From the NCBI GenBank assembly GCA_028286835.1, contig JAQBQT010000011.1:5246-69245 (forward strand): DNA of 64,000 nucleotides, in the 5' to 3' direction. The notes under the pieces are model-generated. The model had not been told where the DNA came from, did not search any database, and was given only the letters and a program-made list of their open reading frames with translations. Both the position numbers and the translations under genes were made by a program. Positions within the stretch are counted from its first letter, which is position 1; every line of letters begins with the position of its first letter. Source of the DNA: Candidatus Parcubacteria bacterium (GTDB lineage Bacteria; Patescibacteriota; Minisyncoccia; Phycocordibacterales; PALSA-1337). Below, piece after piece: positions 46,930 through 57,066 of the stretch.

Positions 46930-48995
46930 CGTTGTAGAGAATAATCCAGAACCTTCTTGTCTAAATCCGCTGACATGACCTTGAATGTCACCTTGTCGCC
47001 GAGCGTGTATGTCTTCTTGCTCCGCTCCCCATGGACCGAATATGTCTTCTGATCGAAGACCCAGTAGTCATCGCCGAGGTTCTTGAAATTGATCATGCCT
47101 TCGGACTTGCTGATGTCCTCCTCGACATACATGCCCCACTTAGTCACGCCGGAAATAGTGCCGGTGAATGTCTGGCCGATCCTGGTCGCCATATACTCGA
47201 CCTGCTTGAGCTTCTTGGAGGCGCGCTCTGCTTCGGCGGCGTCGATCTCGCGATCGGTCGACGTCTCGGCGATGTGCTGAAAATTGACGATATCCTTGTC
47301 GCCGAACGGCTGGTTGGCCAGATGCTTGGCAAGGACGCGATGGACCAAAAGATCGGGATAGCGGCGGATCGGCGAGGTGAAATGAGTATAAAAATCAAAA
47401 GCCAGACCGAAGTGGCCGATATTCTTGGTCGAGTAGATGGCCTTCTGCATGGAGCGGATGGTGGCAGTGCGGATGAGAGACTCGTGCGCCGTGCCTTCGA
47501 TCTGCTCGAGAAGGCTGTTGAGACCGCGGGCGGTGACAGCGCCGTCCTTCCCGAGTTGGAGGTCGTAACCGAGAGCCTTCACGAATGTGGCGAGCTCGCC
47601 GATCTTTTCCTTGTCCGGCGAATCATGGATGCGGTATATGGCTCCCGTGTCGCGCGTCCCCTTCTTCTTGATCTCGTCGAAGATGAACCTGGCGACCTCG
47701 CGGTTGGCGAGCAGCATATATTCCTCGACGAGCTTGTGGGTGTCGAGGCGCGGCTTCGTGTAGACGCCGATAGGACGGCCTTCGGCATCGAGCTTGAATT
47801 TGACCTCCTCCTGCTCGAACTCGATGGCGCCTTCGGCGAACTTGTTCTTCTGGAGGATCTTGGCGATGCGGTTCAGTATGATGAGGCTGTCGCGATAGTG
47901 CATGCCTGCTTCCGCGGATGCGGCTGTCTGAATGCCGTTCGAATACTTATCGATGTTGGCCGTGGTGCCGTCGATCGCCGACTGCGCCGTCTCATATGTA
48001 TAGCGATGCGTCGAATTCATGATGGTGCGGCCGAACCAGCGCTCGAGTATCTCCGCCTTGTCATTCATGACGAAGATGGCCGAGAATGAGAGCTTGTCCT
48101 CGTGTGGATTGAGCGAGCACACATCGTTGGAGAGCACTTCGGGAAGCATGGGGATGGTGCGGTCGACGAGGTATACGGAACAGCCGCGCTTCACGGCCTC
48201 CTTGTCGAGAGCGGATCCTTCGCGGACATAGTGCGACACGTCGGCGATATGCACGCCGATCTCGTACCGCTTGGCATCACCCCCTGCACCCGGCAGTTCC
48301 TTGAATGAGATGGCGTCGTCGAAATCCTTGGCGTCGAACGGGTCGATCGTGAATGTCTGAGTGGTGCGCATGTCGCGGCGATCGGCGATCTCCTCCGCGG
48401 TGATGATCTTGCCCTTGGTGCCGATCTCGCGAGCTTCGCGCTCTACCTCCGGCGGGAAGCCGACGGCGAAGCCCTTCTCGAGCACGATGGACTCCATCTC
48501 GACATCATTCACGCCCTTCTTGCCGAGGATTCGGATGACTTTTCCTGTCGGGCGCTTCTGCGCATCTTTCCAGGAGGCAAAATCGATCTCGACATACACC
48601 TTGAGGCCGTCGACAAGCCCAGCGGCCGCAGCAGCAGGAATAAGGATGCTCGTATACATGCGCTTGTCATCAGGAATGAGGATGACATCTCCACGTTCTG
48701 CTCCGCCCGGCTTGGTATCTATAGTTCCCACGAATGCGGTCTTTGCGCGCTCGATGACGCGCGTGACGACGCCGACGCGCTCCATGACGCCTCGCATCTT
48801 GCGGTTCTCCACGCGGACTTCGACGGTGTCATTATTGAGCGCCGTATTGAGGAAGCCTGGCTCTATATATATTGACTCCTTAGTTGGATCCGGATCATCC
48901 AAAAAGCCCGCGCCTTTGGCGATGGTCGAGATGGAGCCGATAACGAGCTGCTCTTTTTGCTGGCCAGACATATTGTTTTCTGCGGAGGGATTCAC
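46926..48995 (-). CDS. rnr: Ribonuclease R
   Basis: TFTIDP.DAKDFDDAIS, HIADVSHYV, SVYLVDRTIPMLPE.LSN, HFGLA..YTHFTSPIRRYPDL, C-terminal S1 domain; GTG start. Confidence 0.96.
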   Translation of the reverse strand: MNPSAENNMSGQQKEQLVIGSISTIAKGAGFLDDPDPTKESIYIEPGFLNTALNNDTVEVRVENRKMRGVMERVGVVTRVIERAKTAFVGTIDTKPGGAERGDVILIPDDKRMYTSILIPAAAAAGLVDGLKVYVEIDFASWKDAQKRPTGKVIRILGKKGVNDVEMESIVLEKGFAVGFPPEVEREAREIGTKGKIITAEEIADRRDMRTTQTFTIDPFDAKDFDDAISFKELPGAGGDAKRYEIGVHIADVSHYVREGSALDKEAVKRGCSVYLVDRTIPMLPEVLSNDVCSLNPHEDKLSFSAIFVMNDKAEILERWFGRTIMNSTHRYTYETAQSAIDGTTANIDKYSNGIQTAASAEAGMHYRDSLIILNRIAKILQKNKFAEGAIEFEQEEVKFKLDAEGRPIGVYTKPRLDTHKLVEEYMLLANREVARFIFDEIKKKGTRDTGAIYRIHDSPDKEKIGELATFVKALGYDLQLGKDGAVTARGLNSLLEQIEGTAHESLIRTATIRSMQKAIYSTKNIGHFGLAFDFYTHFTSPIRRYPDLLVHRVLAKHLANQPFGDKDIVNFQHIAETSTDREIDAAEAERASKKLKQVEYMATRIGQTFTGTISGVTKWGMYVEEDISKSEGMINFKNLGDDYWVFDQKTYSVHGERSKKTYTLGDKVTFKVMSADLDKKVLDYSLQR

Positions 48996-49010
48996 GAAAA
49001 GACTATATCA

Positions 49011-49535
49011 TTAAACGGTTTTCTGCGCATTTGGATTCTCTTCTCGAGGCGAATCGCGATGCTCCTTCAATATCTTATATTCCTTCCAGATGAACCAGAG
49101 GACGACGATGTCGATGGCCGTAAGAACAGCCTGCACGGCGGAATGAGCCGTTATCACCAGATATATCTGATACACCATGGAGAGCCCGATGATGGCGATG
49201 GAAACCGGGTATGCCCACAGATATCTCTTGAGAAGGGCGACCACAAGAGCCAGCTTTATGATTCCCCTGCTGAGGAGATATATGGCGAGCGAGATTGCGC
49301 CGGCCACGGAAAAATGATGGGCGATCTGCATGAGATGGAGGCCGATGAAGTCTGTAGGATCCTCCGCAAGCTCGCCTTGCGCGATGAAGATGAGCTTGCT
49401 CGCGACTTCAGACACAGGCACGAAGAATAAAGCCGCTCCTGTGATTATTTCCAGGATGGAGAGGATGCCCTTTATAAAAACGCTGATCTTGAAGAATCGA
49501 TCGATGCGTTTTTCTTCGTTCGGAGTGTATGACAT
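49011..49535 (-). CDS. DUF2127-family membrane protein
   Basis: F.ISV.IKG...LE..G, ELAEDP.D, YLL..G.IK, LWAYP, D.VV...IW.EY. Confidence 0.8.
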   Translation of the reverse strand: MSYTPNEEKRIDRFFKISVFIKGILSILEIITGAALFFVPVSEVASKLIFIAQGELAEDPTDFIGLHLMQIAHHFSVAGAISLAIYLLSRGIIKLALVVALLKRYLWAYPVSIAIIGLSMVYQIYLVITAHSAVQAVLTAIDIVVLWFIWKEYKILKEHRDSPREENPNAQKTV

Positions 49536-49572
49536 GGATGCGATGCGGCTTCGGAACGCCCTAACTATACTC

Positions 49573-50826
49573 TTATGGAGTGGAAGTGGCCACTTCATGC
49601 AGGCCCGGAATGCCGAGCCAGGCGGTGAAATAGATCTTTCCCGTGGAAGGCTCCCGAAGGAGCTCGTTCACTTCGAGATCCTGACCCTTGGTATCGAAAG
49701 GCGACTTTTCATCGGTGACTTTGTACCTAGACAGGAAGCGGAGGTCGCCATTCAAAAATACATCTATATGCCCGTCCTGCGCTGCGTTGTATATGTCCGT
49801 GCCGAAGGCAAAGAAGCCGAATGAAGCTCCCGGGAGGGAGAACCGCTCGACCCTCATATCGCTGGTCCGGATCCTCAGGCCATACGGCACGATCTCGCAG
49901 CCGATATACACATACCCTCCCGATCCGCTCGTGCGGACGAACGGCATGTCGTCGCTCATCGCGCATGGCGCAACCTGGATTGCAGAGATGGGCGCGAGCG
50001 TAAGGGCATTCGTCTTCTCAAAGCCGTTCCCCATGCCTCCGCCGAAATAAAGCTCGGTTGTGGTGCCCTGTGCCGAACCGTATTTGGCGATCGCTGCGGA
50101 GTGGCCATAGAAAACATGACCCTGAGTGTTCACCGTCAGAGAGCCGTCCGAGATCTTTACCTTATACACGGTCGAAGGCGCGGTGTCGGTGATCCCATAT
50201 ATGTATTCGCCGTCGGTCGTGATGGCAGGTTTGCGCCCGGCGTCCACTGTCGTCGTGCTCAGAATGGTCGCAATGGCATAGGTGTGCGGATTGACGACAT
50301 AAAGCTTGAGCGCGCTGTTGTTTGAAAGCTCTATATAGACTTTGTCATTCATGTCGTCATAGACCATGGTCTGAATGTCTCCCCATTCGGGCAGCGTGAT
50401 GATGACGGGCTTCGAAATGTCATCCTCATCGCCGAATATGGTGAGCTGATTCGGCGGGTAGATGTTCCCTGATTTGTTCGACATGCCCACGAAGAATTTT
50501 CCATCCGCCTCCACTGTTCCGTGGGCATATGCAAAGACTTTTGGGGACGAGGAGATTACTCGAGCGGTTCCAAGAGTGATCTCTGGGTGCAGCGCGGGTA
50601 TGACAGGATCGGGATGCCGCTTGAATGGAGGGGTGGAAGAAGCTACAGGACTTTTTGCAGGCTGAGCTTTTGACGGAGGCGGCACAGCCACTACGTAAGG
50701 GCGCGGCAGGAAGCACCAATAGGCGCAGATGGCTGCTATCAGAATGATCCCGAGAATACCCGCACGCAGATATATCCTGCGGCTCTTATTTATTCTTGAT
50801 CGTGAACGTGAAGCGGTACTCTTCAT
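49573..50826 (-). CDS. Membrane-anchored extracellular protein (probably beta-propeller)
   Basis: N-terminal TM helix, Pro-rich linker, beta-rich repeats; start uncertain (overlaps the upstream gene end). Confidence 0.7.
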   Translation of the reverse strand: MKSTASRSRSRINKSRRIYLRAGILGIILIAAICAYWCFLPRPYVVAVPPPSKAQPAKSPVASSTPPFKRHPDPVIPALHPEITLGTARVISSSPKVFAYAHGTVEADGKFFVGMSNKSGNIYPPNQLTIFGDEDDISKPVIITLPEWGDIQTMVYDDMNDKVYIELSNNSALKLYVVNPHTYAIATILSTTTVDAGRKPAITTDGEYIYGITDTAPSTVYKVKISDGSLTVNTQGHVFYGHSAAIAKYGSAQGTTTELYFGGGMGNGFEKTNALTLAPISAIQVAPCAMSDDMPFVRTSGSGGYVYIGCEIVPYGLRIRTSDMRVERFSLPGASFGFFAFGTDIYNAAQDGHIDVFLNGDLRFLSRYKVTDEKSPFDTKGQDLEVNELLREPSTGKIYFTAWLGIPGLHEVATSTP

Positions 50827-51514
50827 CCGTGATTTTATGCGTTGATATCGGATACGGCGCGACCTTGTCGAGAGTGATAGCGAGAGTCTCGGTCGTGACT
50901 GTCTGGCCCGGCACTATCTCCATCATCTTTGAAGTCCCCGAAGGCGTCTCGAGCGAGAGGGCGGCTTTGACCCTTCCGGCCCAGATGCAGGTGACGTCTG
51001 ACGGGCAACGGCTGTCTTCGGTGACTGCCCATACTCGGATGGTGGTATTGCCGACCTTGAGCGGCTTCTTGAGCTCAGCGGTCACGGTCGAGCTTGCAGG
51101 GTACGAAGGAATACCCGAAGCGAGTTCTTTGTATGTATCAACCTTGATGATGCCCCTGATGTCATATGCCTGCCAGTGATTGCTATTCAGCATTTCGGCC
51201 GGAACGAATAAGCCCGTCACTGTATACGGCCTATCCATCGGGAGATCGAAGGCGGATACGGACGTACCGCTCCAATCGAGCGCGTAGTATGCGCCGCTGT
51301 CAGCCTTCATGCCGAATGCGCACTCCATGGTCGAAGGACCAGGACCCTTATGCGGCAAGCATGCGAATGTTCCGGCCACCGTTGTCGTGGCGGAAACCGG
51401 CGACGGCGTGCCTCCCTGCGGCACCCGCACCGGCATATGGGTATTGAGCTGGACCAGCACTACGAAGGCCTCGGCTGCGACCAGGATGATAAGCGAAATA
51501 AGAAGTTTTTTCAT
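50786..51514 (-). CDS. Exported hypothetical protein (CLPHK..ECA.G and DSRCP.DV.CIWAG domains)
   Basis: Signal/TM helix and two Cys-pair domains. Confidence 0.75.
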   Translation of the reverse strand: MKKLLISLIILVAAEAFVVLVQLNTHMPVRVPQGGTPSPVSATTTVAGTFACLPHKGPGPSTMECAFGMKADSGAYYALDWSGTSVSAFDLPMDRPYTVTGLFVPAEMLNSNHWQAYDIRGIIKVDTYKELASGIPSYPASSTVTAELKKPLKVGNTTIRVWAVTEDSRCPSDVTCIWAGRVKAALSLETPSGTSKMMEIVPGQTVTTETLAITLDKVAPYPISTHKITDEEYRFTFTIKNK

Positions 51515-51538
51515 GCAAAAAGTATAGCATTTTTCCGC

Positions 51539-52396
51539 CTACTCGATAGTGCTCGGATCCCAGGTTATATGAAGGTTCTCGTTGAGCGCATCGATGGCCT
51601 TCATGTCTTCCGGCGAGATCTCAAAATCGAATACGTCGATATTCTCTTTGATACGCGCTTCCCTCACGGATTTAGGAATGACAATGCAACCATGCTGAAG
51701 GCCCCATCGGATGAATACCTGCGCATTGCTCTTGCCGTACTTCTTCGCGATCTCAGTCACTCGAGGATCGGCAAGCTTTTCTCCTCTGGCGAGCGGGCTA
51801 TATGCCTCAAGCGCAATGCCTGCGTCCTTGCAGTACGCAAGCAATTCTTCCTGATACAGAAATGGATGGAACTCCACCTGATTCACGGCCGGCTTTATCT
51901 TGGCGTACTTCTTCATCTCCTCAAGATGGCGAACGGTATAGTTAGAAACGCCGATTGCCTTCGCCTTGCCCGATGCATGTATCTCCTCCATGGCTTTCCA
52001 GGTCTCTTCGCGCTTGTTTAGCGCCTTGCCGGACCATATGTTTCCCGCGCCAGGCCAGTGAATGAGATACAGATCGACATAGTCCAGACCGAGAAGTCCG
52101 AGTGACGTATCGATGGCACGCAGCGCATTTTCGTATCCCTGATCCTCATTCCAGAGCTTGGTCGTGACAAAGATATCCTCGCGCGGCACGCCGGAATTCC
52201 TGATGGCATTGCCCACTCCTTCTTCATTGCCATAGATCATGGCCGTATCGATAAGCCTGTATCCAGCGTCCAATGCGTGGCCAATGGCCGCCTCAACCTC
52301 CGCGCCATCCTCCGCCTTCCACACTCCGAGGCCTATGACCGGGATCTCGGTGCCATTAGTAAGTCGAATCGTAGAATCCTTTGTAAGTTTGTTCAT
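51539..52396 (-). CDS. Aldo/keto reductase
   Basis: IGLGVW, GYRLIDTA.IYGNE, FVTTKLWN, DLYLIHWP, IGVSN, IPKS. Confidence 0.96.
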   Translation of the reverse strand: MNKLTKDSTIRLTNGTEIPVIGLGVWKAEDGAEVEAAIGHALDAGYRLIDTAMIYGNEEGVGNAIRNSGVPREDIFVTTKLWNEDQGYENALRAIDTSLGLLGLDYVDLYLIHWPGAGNIWSGKALNKREETWKAMEEIHASGKAKAIGVSNYTVRHLEEMKKYAKIKPAVNQVEFHPFLYQEELLAYCKDAGIALEAYSPLARGEKLADPRVTEIAKKYGKSNAQVFIRWGLQHGCIVIPKSVREARIKENIDVFDFEISPEDMKAIDALNENLHITWDPSTIE

Positions 52397-52453
52397 ATGC
52401 ATAGTATAAACGTTCTGCCTGGAATAAATTTACCGTTCGCCTATACTTACCCC

Positions 52454-53422
52454 ATGGAACCCCGCGCGATACGCCCTCATACCAAGATCGGACCCTTCTT
52501 TATTTCCGCGCACTTCAAGGACGCCAAGGATCCCTGCATCGTGCATGACGGAGTGACCTGGCACATATTCGGCTCGGGCGGAACGGTCGTGAAGGAGGAG
52601 TGGAGCATCCTGCATGCAACGGCGCCGGACATCGGCGGACCGTGGACCGAACAGGAGCCGGCGAAGCTTGTCGGACTCGAAGGCATGCATGTTGCCGCGC
52701 CCAGCGTGATGTACGACCATCGCGACAAGCTTTTCCATATGGCGATCCAGGAGGACTTCACCGCACCAAGCGGCGGCATCGAATATCTCGTATCCGCGGA
52801 CGGCAAGACGTTCAGCTGGATGAAGAACCTCCTCGAGCCGATCTCTGGCTCGGCCGAAGCCGGACTCTATGATCCGCATTTTTCCGGGATCCGCGGAGAG
52901 AAATACCTGGTGTACGCCGGCATGCCTGCGTTCATGAGCAATGACCGGCCATTCATCCCCCAGCCGGACATCTTCGTCGCAAAGAGCCAGACGAACCTCT
53001 GGACCGGCCCGTGGAACCGCATGCAGAAGATCCTCGATCATGACGAGATCGCCTGGCATCACAACAGGCGCCAGGATCCCGACTACGAATGGGGCATCGA
53101 AGGGCCTCAGCTCGTCGAGCTTCCGAACGGCAAGATACTCCTCAATGCGACCTGCTTCCTGCCGGAAGGCAGGCGCGGCACGAGGCAGCGAGTATTCTTC
53201 GCCCTTGCCGACAATCCTGAAGGCCCATTCAAGAGCCTCGGCCCCGTCCTATCCGATCGGGACCAGGAATGGGAGTCCGGCGAGAATGGGCATGCGACCG
53301 CCTGGGTCTATCGCGACCAGCTCTATCTCTTCTATCAGGCGCGATCGCAAAAAAATCCCGATCCCCTTGCCAACAACTGGCAATACGGGCTCGCGATGTT
53401 CGACCTCAAGGACTTGATGTAA
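52454..53422 (+). CDS. GH43/GH32-like five-bladed beta-propeller hydrolase
   Basis: AKDPCIV, AAPSV, YDP, IEGPQL, GHAT; start at 52454 behind TATACT. Confidence 0.75.
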   Translation: MEPRAIRPHTKIGPFFISAHFKDAKDPCIVHDGVTWHIFGSGGTVVKEEWSILHATAPDIGGPWTEQEPAKLVGLEGMHVAAPSVMYDHRDKLFHMAIQEDFTAPSGGIEYLVSADGKTFSWMKNLLEPISGSAEAGLYDPHFSGIRGEKYLVYAGMPAFMSNDRPFIPQPDIFVAKSQTNLWTGPWNRMQKILDHDEIAWHHNRRQDPDYEWGIEGPQLVELPNGKILLNATCFLPEGRRGTRQRVFFALADNPEGPFKSLGPVLSDRDQEWESGENGHATAWVYRDQLYLFYQARSQKNPDPLANNWQYGLAMFDLKDLM

Positions 53423-53449
53423 AAAACGAGAAATAAGCTGCGTCGCTGG

Positions 53450-53974
53450 TTATGGATCCGGCTGGACTGCGCAATTGACGCAATAGCCCGGGACATTCTC
53501 GTCCCGATGCGCGGTGCAAGGGCCGGATACGCACCAGTACACGGCGCTATTCACCTGGAAATTCTGAGCCCATGCAGCCTTGGGGAATTGGCAATCTGAC
53601 AGATCTCCCCCGAGCGGGCAGAAGCGTATGCTGATCTGATCCACGGGAGTAGGCAGATCCGACCAGTTATCCCAGTCGTACACGCTTCCGGGCCACGGCG
53701 CATTCGGCCATGAATGAACATTGCCCCCGGCGATATATGGGCCGAGCCCGGGAGGGATATTCCTGTCGACATCATCGGGGTATTGCCCGTTATGTTCGGA
53801 TTGATAGAGCTCGAGGGCCGTCCAGATCGTGTAGAGCTCCTGTTTGGCGCGGCCTAGGTATGCCTTATCTCGCGCTTCATTCACGGAGACGAGCACGATC
53901 GAGGCGAGCATGCCGATGATGGAGAGGACGACCAGAAGCTCGATGAGCGTAAAGCCTTTTTGAGTCTGTTCCAT
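53450..53974 (-). CDS. Type IV pilin / GspG-like prepilin
   Basis: QKG|FTLIELLVVLSIIGMLASIV..S...AR.KA; Cys-rich C-terminus. Confidence 0.93.
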   Translation of the reverse strand: MEQTQKGFTLIELLVVLSIIGMLASIVLVSVNEARDKAYLGRAKQELYTIWTALELYQSEHNGQYPDDVDRNIPPGLGPYIAGGNVHSWPNAPWPGSVYDWDNWSDLPTPVDQISIRFCPLGGDLSDCQFPKAAWAQNFQVNSAVYWCVSGPCTAHRDENVPGYCVNCAVQPDP

Positions 53975-54084
53975 GACAATATAGTAGCATTTTTGCTGAT
54001 TGACCCGCATCATTTCCCATGATACTTTTGAGCCATCCAACAGCACCTTTTAAACCTCAACCGCACATAATCACAGGGGTATGT

Positions 54085-54396
54085 ATGAAAACACTGACCG
54101 ATCGCGAACGCCAGGGAGGGCGCGAGCGGCGAACAGCTGAATGCGCTCCCCTGCTGAAACAGCTTCATAAATGCAAGGGCCTGGCAAAGCTCAAGGAGGA
54201 GATAACCCTGTCAGTCCATGACCCTCTCAATGACGGCACCGAACCGTGGTCGAGCCTCCATGTGACCCGCCAAGGCTTGGAGATACAGAAGGAAGGGATC
54301 AGATCGCGTGTGACTGATTTCGAGTATTGCGCCCAGCTCTTCGAGTTTCTGAATGAGCACGAGATCAGTATGCTGATCGATGATCTGAGCTCCTGA
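54085..54396 (+). CDS. Hypothetical protein (103 aa)
   Basis: AGGGG RBS-like sequence upstream and a strong terminator downstream. Confidence 0.55.
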   Translation: MKTLTDRERQGGRERRTAECAPLLKQLHKCKGLAKLKEEITLSVHDPLNDGTEPWSSLHVTRQGLEIQKEGIRSRVTDFEYCAQLFEFLNEHEISMLIDDLSS

Positions 54397-54411
54397 GATA
54401 TCATGCGTGCC

Positions 54412-54441
54412 GCCGGTCCTTCCGAAAGGGCCGGCTTTTTT
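54412..54441 (+). terminator. Intrinsic terminator
   Basis: GCCGGTCCTT-CCGA-AAGGGCCGGC-TTTTTT. Confidence 0.85.
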
Positions 54442-54471
54442 ATTCAGATGAGCTCGGATTTATCGGACAGC

Positions 54472-54873
54472 TTACGCAATTACCTGAGTGCAGTGGGAAC
54501 AGCGCTTGGCCTGAATGGGGATCTCGCTCATGCATTCAGGGCATTTCTTGGTCGTCGGATCGGCGGGAGGCTGCCTGCGCGAGCGCGACACAAGGACGTT
54601 TATCGGCTTCACCACGAAGAAGAAGACGGTGGAGGCGACGAGAACGAACGAGATGAGCGCATTCAGGAGATGGCCGTATGCGAACGTGCTTCCATGCACA
54701 GTAAAAACAAGATGGCTCAGATCGGGGATATTAGCGACGGTCGATATAAAAGGCGTCAGAAGGTCGGCTACGAGGGCATTCACGACCGAGGTGAATGCCG
54801 CACCGACGACGACACCGACCGCAAGGTCCACCACATTGCCTCGGAGCAGGAATTGTTTGAAGTCTTTGAACAT
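54472..54873 (-). CDS. mscL: Large-conductance mechanosensitive channel with C-terminal Zn ribbon
   Basis: MFKDFKQFLLRGNVVDLAVGVVVGAAF; C-terminal KKCPEC.SEIP..A.RCSHCT. Confidence 0.96.
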   Translation of the reverse strand: MFKDFKQFLLRGNVVDLAVGVVVGAAFTSVVNALVADLLTPFISTVANIPDLSHLVFTVHGSTFAYGHLLNALISFVLVASTVFFFVVKPINVLVSRSRRQPPADPTTKKCPECMSEIPIQAKRCSHCTQVIA

Positions 54874-54944
54874 GGCGATATTATAAGCAAAAGACGTGCA
54901 CAGGACAACCTGTGCACGTGTTGCATGAGGCTTATTTGGACAAT

Positions 54945-54970
54945 AAAAAGACCGTCTCAAGGACGGTCTT
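54945..54970 (-). terminator. Intrinsic terminator
   Basis: AAGACCGTC-CTTGA-GACGGTCTTTTT (minus). Confidence 0.8.
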
Positions 54971-54974
54971 ATAC

Positions 54975-55535
54975 TCACAACCCAAAACGTATCGCGGCTT
55001 TCGCATATTCGGCTTCGAAAAGCGCATCGAGCACGGGACTTATTCCTTTGCATTCATCCGCAATCAGCTTGGCACCTCGAATGTAATTAGCCAATTCGCC
55101 TTCCTTTTCCGCCCATTTTTTGGAAGGATCAACAGTAAGCGACCTTACATTCGAAGTCTGATCGGCAATCTTGATTCTTTTCACCGAGTTACTCTTGCCC
55201 CTAACACGAACAGATTGTCGGCGTTTTCGTTCTGCTGTTGGTAGATCCGTGAACTCGGGTGGATCGGTGAGACCATCAACATTGGCCGCAACCTGATTCT
55301 CAAACCTAGCTTCAATTTCAGCAAGTGTTATCTTCGTATCCTCAACCATGTCATGAAGCCATGCTGAAGCGATTTCGATATCGCTGCCACCTGAGGCCCA
55401 GACAAGATCTGCAACCTCTTGTAGGTGTTCAGTCTGTTGTAGCCGACGACCTGATATCATTTCCCAAAAAATATCTTTATGCTCGCACAGCGCAAAAACT
55501 TTTGCCCGAATAATGAGATTATTATGATTTGTCAT
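54975..55535 (-). CDS. Stand-alone RelA/SpoT-type HD hydrolase (small alarmone hydrolase/Mesh1-like)
   Basis: EHLQEVA, AWLHDMVEDT, V..LTD, IKIADQTSN. Confidence 0.85.
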   Translation of the reverse strand: MTNHNNLIIRAKVFALCEHKDIFWEMISGRRLQQTEHLQEVADLVWASGGSDIEIASAWLHDMVEDTKITLAEIEARFENQVAANVDGLTDPPEFTDLPTAERKRRQSVRVRGKSNSVKRIKIADQTSNVRSLTVDPSKKWAEKEGELANYIRGAKLIADECKGISPVLDALFEAEYAKAAIRFGL

Positions 55536-55642
55536 ATCTGGGCTGATACTAACAGAGATCGCTATTGAGTCAATATTAAAATTATAGCCAAATTTGCTAG
55601 TCGTATGGTTCGACGTTTGAAGCACTTCCAACAAATTGCTAC

Positions 55643-56158
55643 CTAACTAGCCCTGCTTAAAATATCATTAATAAATTCGATTTTCCTGCGATAATATTCT
55701 TTGACTGTCACACCATTGCTTTCTTCCTTTAATATTCTATAACGCTCCAGTTCCTCGGGATGTTTCCATAGATATGCCTCAAAAATCTTGCCGCGAATAT
55801 GATTAGGGTGATCCTCATCCGATATCTTCAGATCGATCTTTTTCCCTTCCACTTCTGTTTTGAATCTGACTCGATCAGGATATTGCGACTTCATAGGACC
55901 AAACTCCTTTTCTAGCTTGGGGATATAATCGGCAAACATTGCCTTATTGGCTACGATCGTAACATCGATTTCATCCTGTCCTGATATGCCAAAACTGCTC
56001 GCTCCGCAATGCTCTACAACCGCTTCTGGACCCAAAACTTTCAATATCCTCTCTTTGATCGAACCGTATAATCTTTCTGTCCTTGGATCGTACGGAACAA
56101 TTGATATAGCTTTATCGGAAAGAGTGCTCAAAAATTCTTCTTGTTCTTTGGTGATCAT
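55643..56158 (-). CDS. GrpB-family nucleotidyltransferase-fold protein
   Basis: IVPYDP, VEHCGASSFGISGQDEIDV, F..YL..HPE...Y..LK, Y...K.EFI..IL. Confidence 0.85.
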   Translation of the reverse strand: MITKEQEEFLSTLSDKAISIVPYDPRTERLYGSIKERILKVLGPEAVVEHCGASSFGISGQDEIDVTIVANKAMFADYIPKLEKEFGPMKSQYPDRVRFKTEVEGKKIDLKISDEDHPNHIRGKIFEAYLWKHPEELERYRILKEESNGVTVKEYYRRKIEFINDILSRAS

Positions 56159-56168
56159 AAATTGATGA

Positions 56169-56522
56169 CTATATAGTTCGCAAAATCTTCTCCATCGGCC
56201 TGCCCTTGGCCAGCTCATCGATCAATTTGTCTAGATAACGGAGATTCTGCATGAGGGGGTCTTCGATCTCTTCGACACGTATGCCGCAGATAACGCCGGT
56301 GATCTGGGATCGCGCAGGATTCATCTTAGGAGCCTCGCCGTAGAAATCCCTGAATGGCGTCTGCTTCTTGAGCTGCCCCTCCAATCCTTTCTGGGTATAC
56401 CCCGTCAGCCAGCAGATGATCTCATCGACTTCGGCTTTGGTGCGACCCTTCCTCTCCGCCTTGGCGATGTAATACGGATAGACTTTTGCGAACGGCGTTG
56501 CGTAGAGATTTTCTTTAAGCAT
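56169..56522 (-). CDS. DUF2200-family protein
   Basis: [62 protein letters not shown]. Confidence 0.9.
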   Translation of the reverse strand: MLKENLYATPFAKVYPYYIAKAERKGRTKAEVDEIICWLTGYTQKGLEGQLKKQTPFRDFYGEAPKMNPARSQITGVICGIRVEEIEDPLMQNLRYLDKLIDELAKGRPMEKILRTI

Positions 56523-56594
56523 GGGATTTAATCTGCGATCTTGTTGGCTGTATGGTTGGGTGTATGAACAATTATGCAACAAATTCGATAAAAC

Positions 56595-56624
56595 AAAAAG
56601 GGCTAGTCATTGTAACTAGCCCTT
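56595..56624 (-). terminator. Intrinsic terminator
   Basis: AAGGGCTAGT-TACAATG-ACTAGCCCTTTTT (minus). Confidence 0.8.
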
Positions 56625-56646
56625 GATTTACTATCTTAGAATTTGA

Positions 56647-56844
56647 TTACCGGGGCTTCCGATTATCAACCTGCGACAGTACAAACCTCACTACATCCTC
56701 AACGCTGACCCCAACAGCAAACTGAGGGGGCCGGTCCTTTAGTGCGTTGGCAATAGGATTGCCTACGGTTTCTTGACCTGCGCCGAACGTTCTGAATTGC
56801 AAACTCACGCTTTTTATAATTTTTTGAATTTTTTCTTCATTCAT
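56647..56844 (-). CDS. Small hypothetical protein (~65 aa)
   Basis: TTGACA and TATAAT elements plus AAAGG RBS upstream; terminator downstream. Confidence 0.6.
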   Translation of the reverse strand: MNEEKIQKIIKSVSLQFRTFGAGQETVGNPIANALKDRPPQFAVGVSVEDVVRFVLSQVDNRKPR

Positions 56845-56896
56845 ATACAAAACCTTTCTATGCTATTATAGCATAATACTAGATTCTGTCAAGTTG

Positions 56897-56967
56897 CTGC
56901 GGGACTTGGACTCGAACCAAGATAACGACCTCCAGAGGGTCGCGTCCTACCATTAGACGATCCCGCA
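56897..56967 (-). tRNA. tRNA-Gln(CTG), CCA not encoded
   Basis: TGCGGGA/TCCCGCA acceptor stem, anticodon arm CGACC-CTCTGGA-GGTCG, TTCGAGT T-loop. Confidence 0.96.
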
Positions 56968-57066
56968 AAATTTCCGCCGCTTTCAAACGTTTTCCGGAAG
57001 TACAAAGAGAATAGCGCAAAAAGGCTGATATTTCAATGCGCACTCGCTTTGTTTCCTGTGAGAGCC

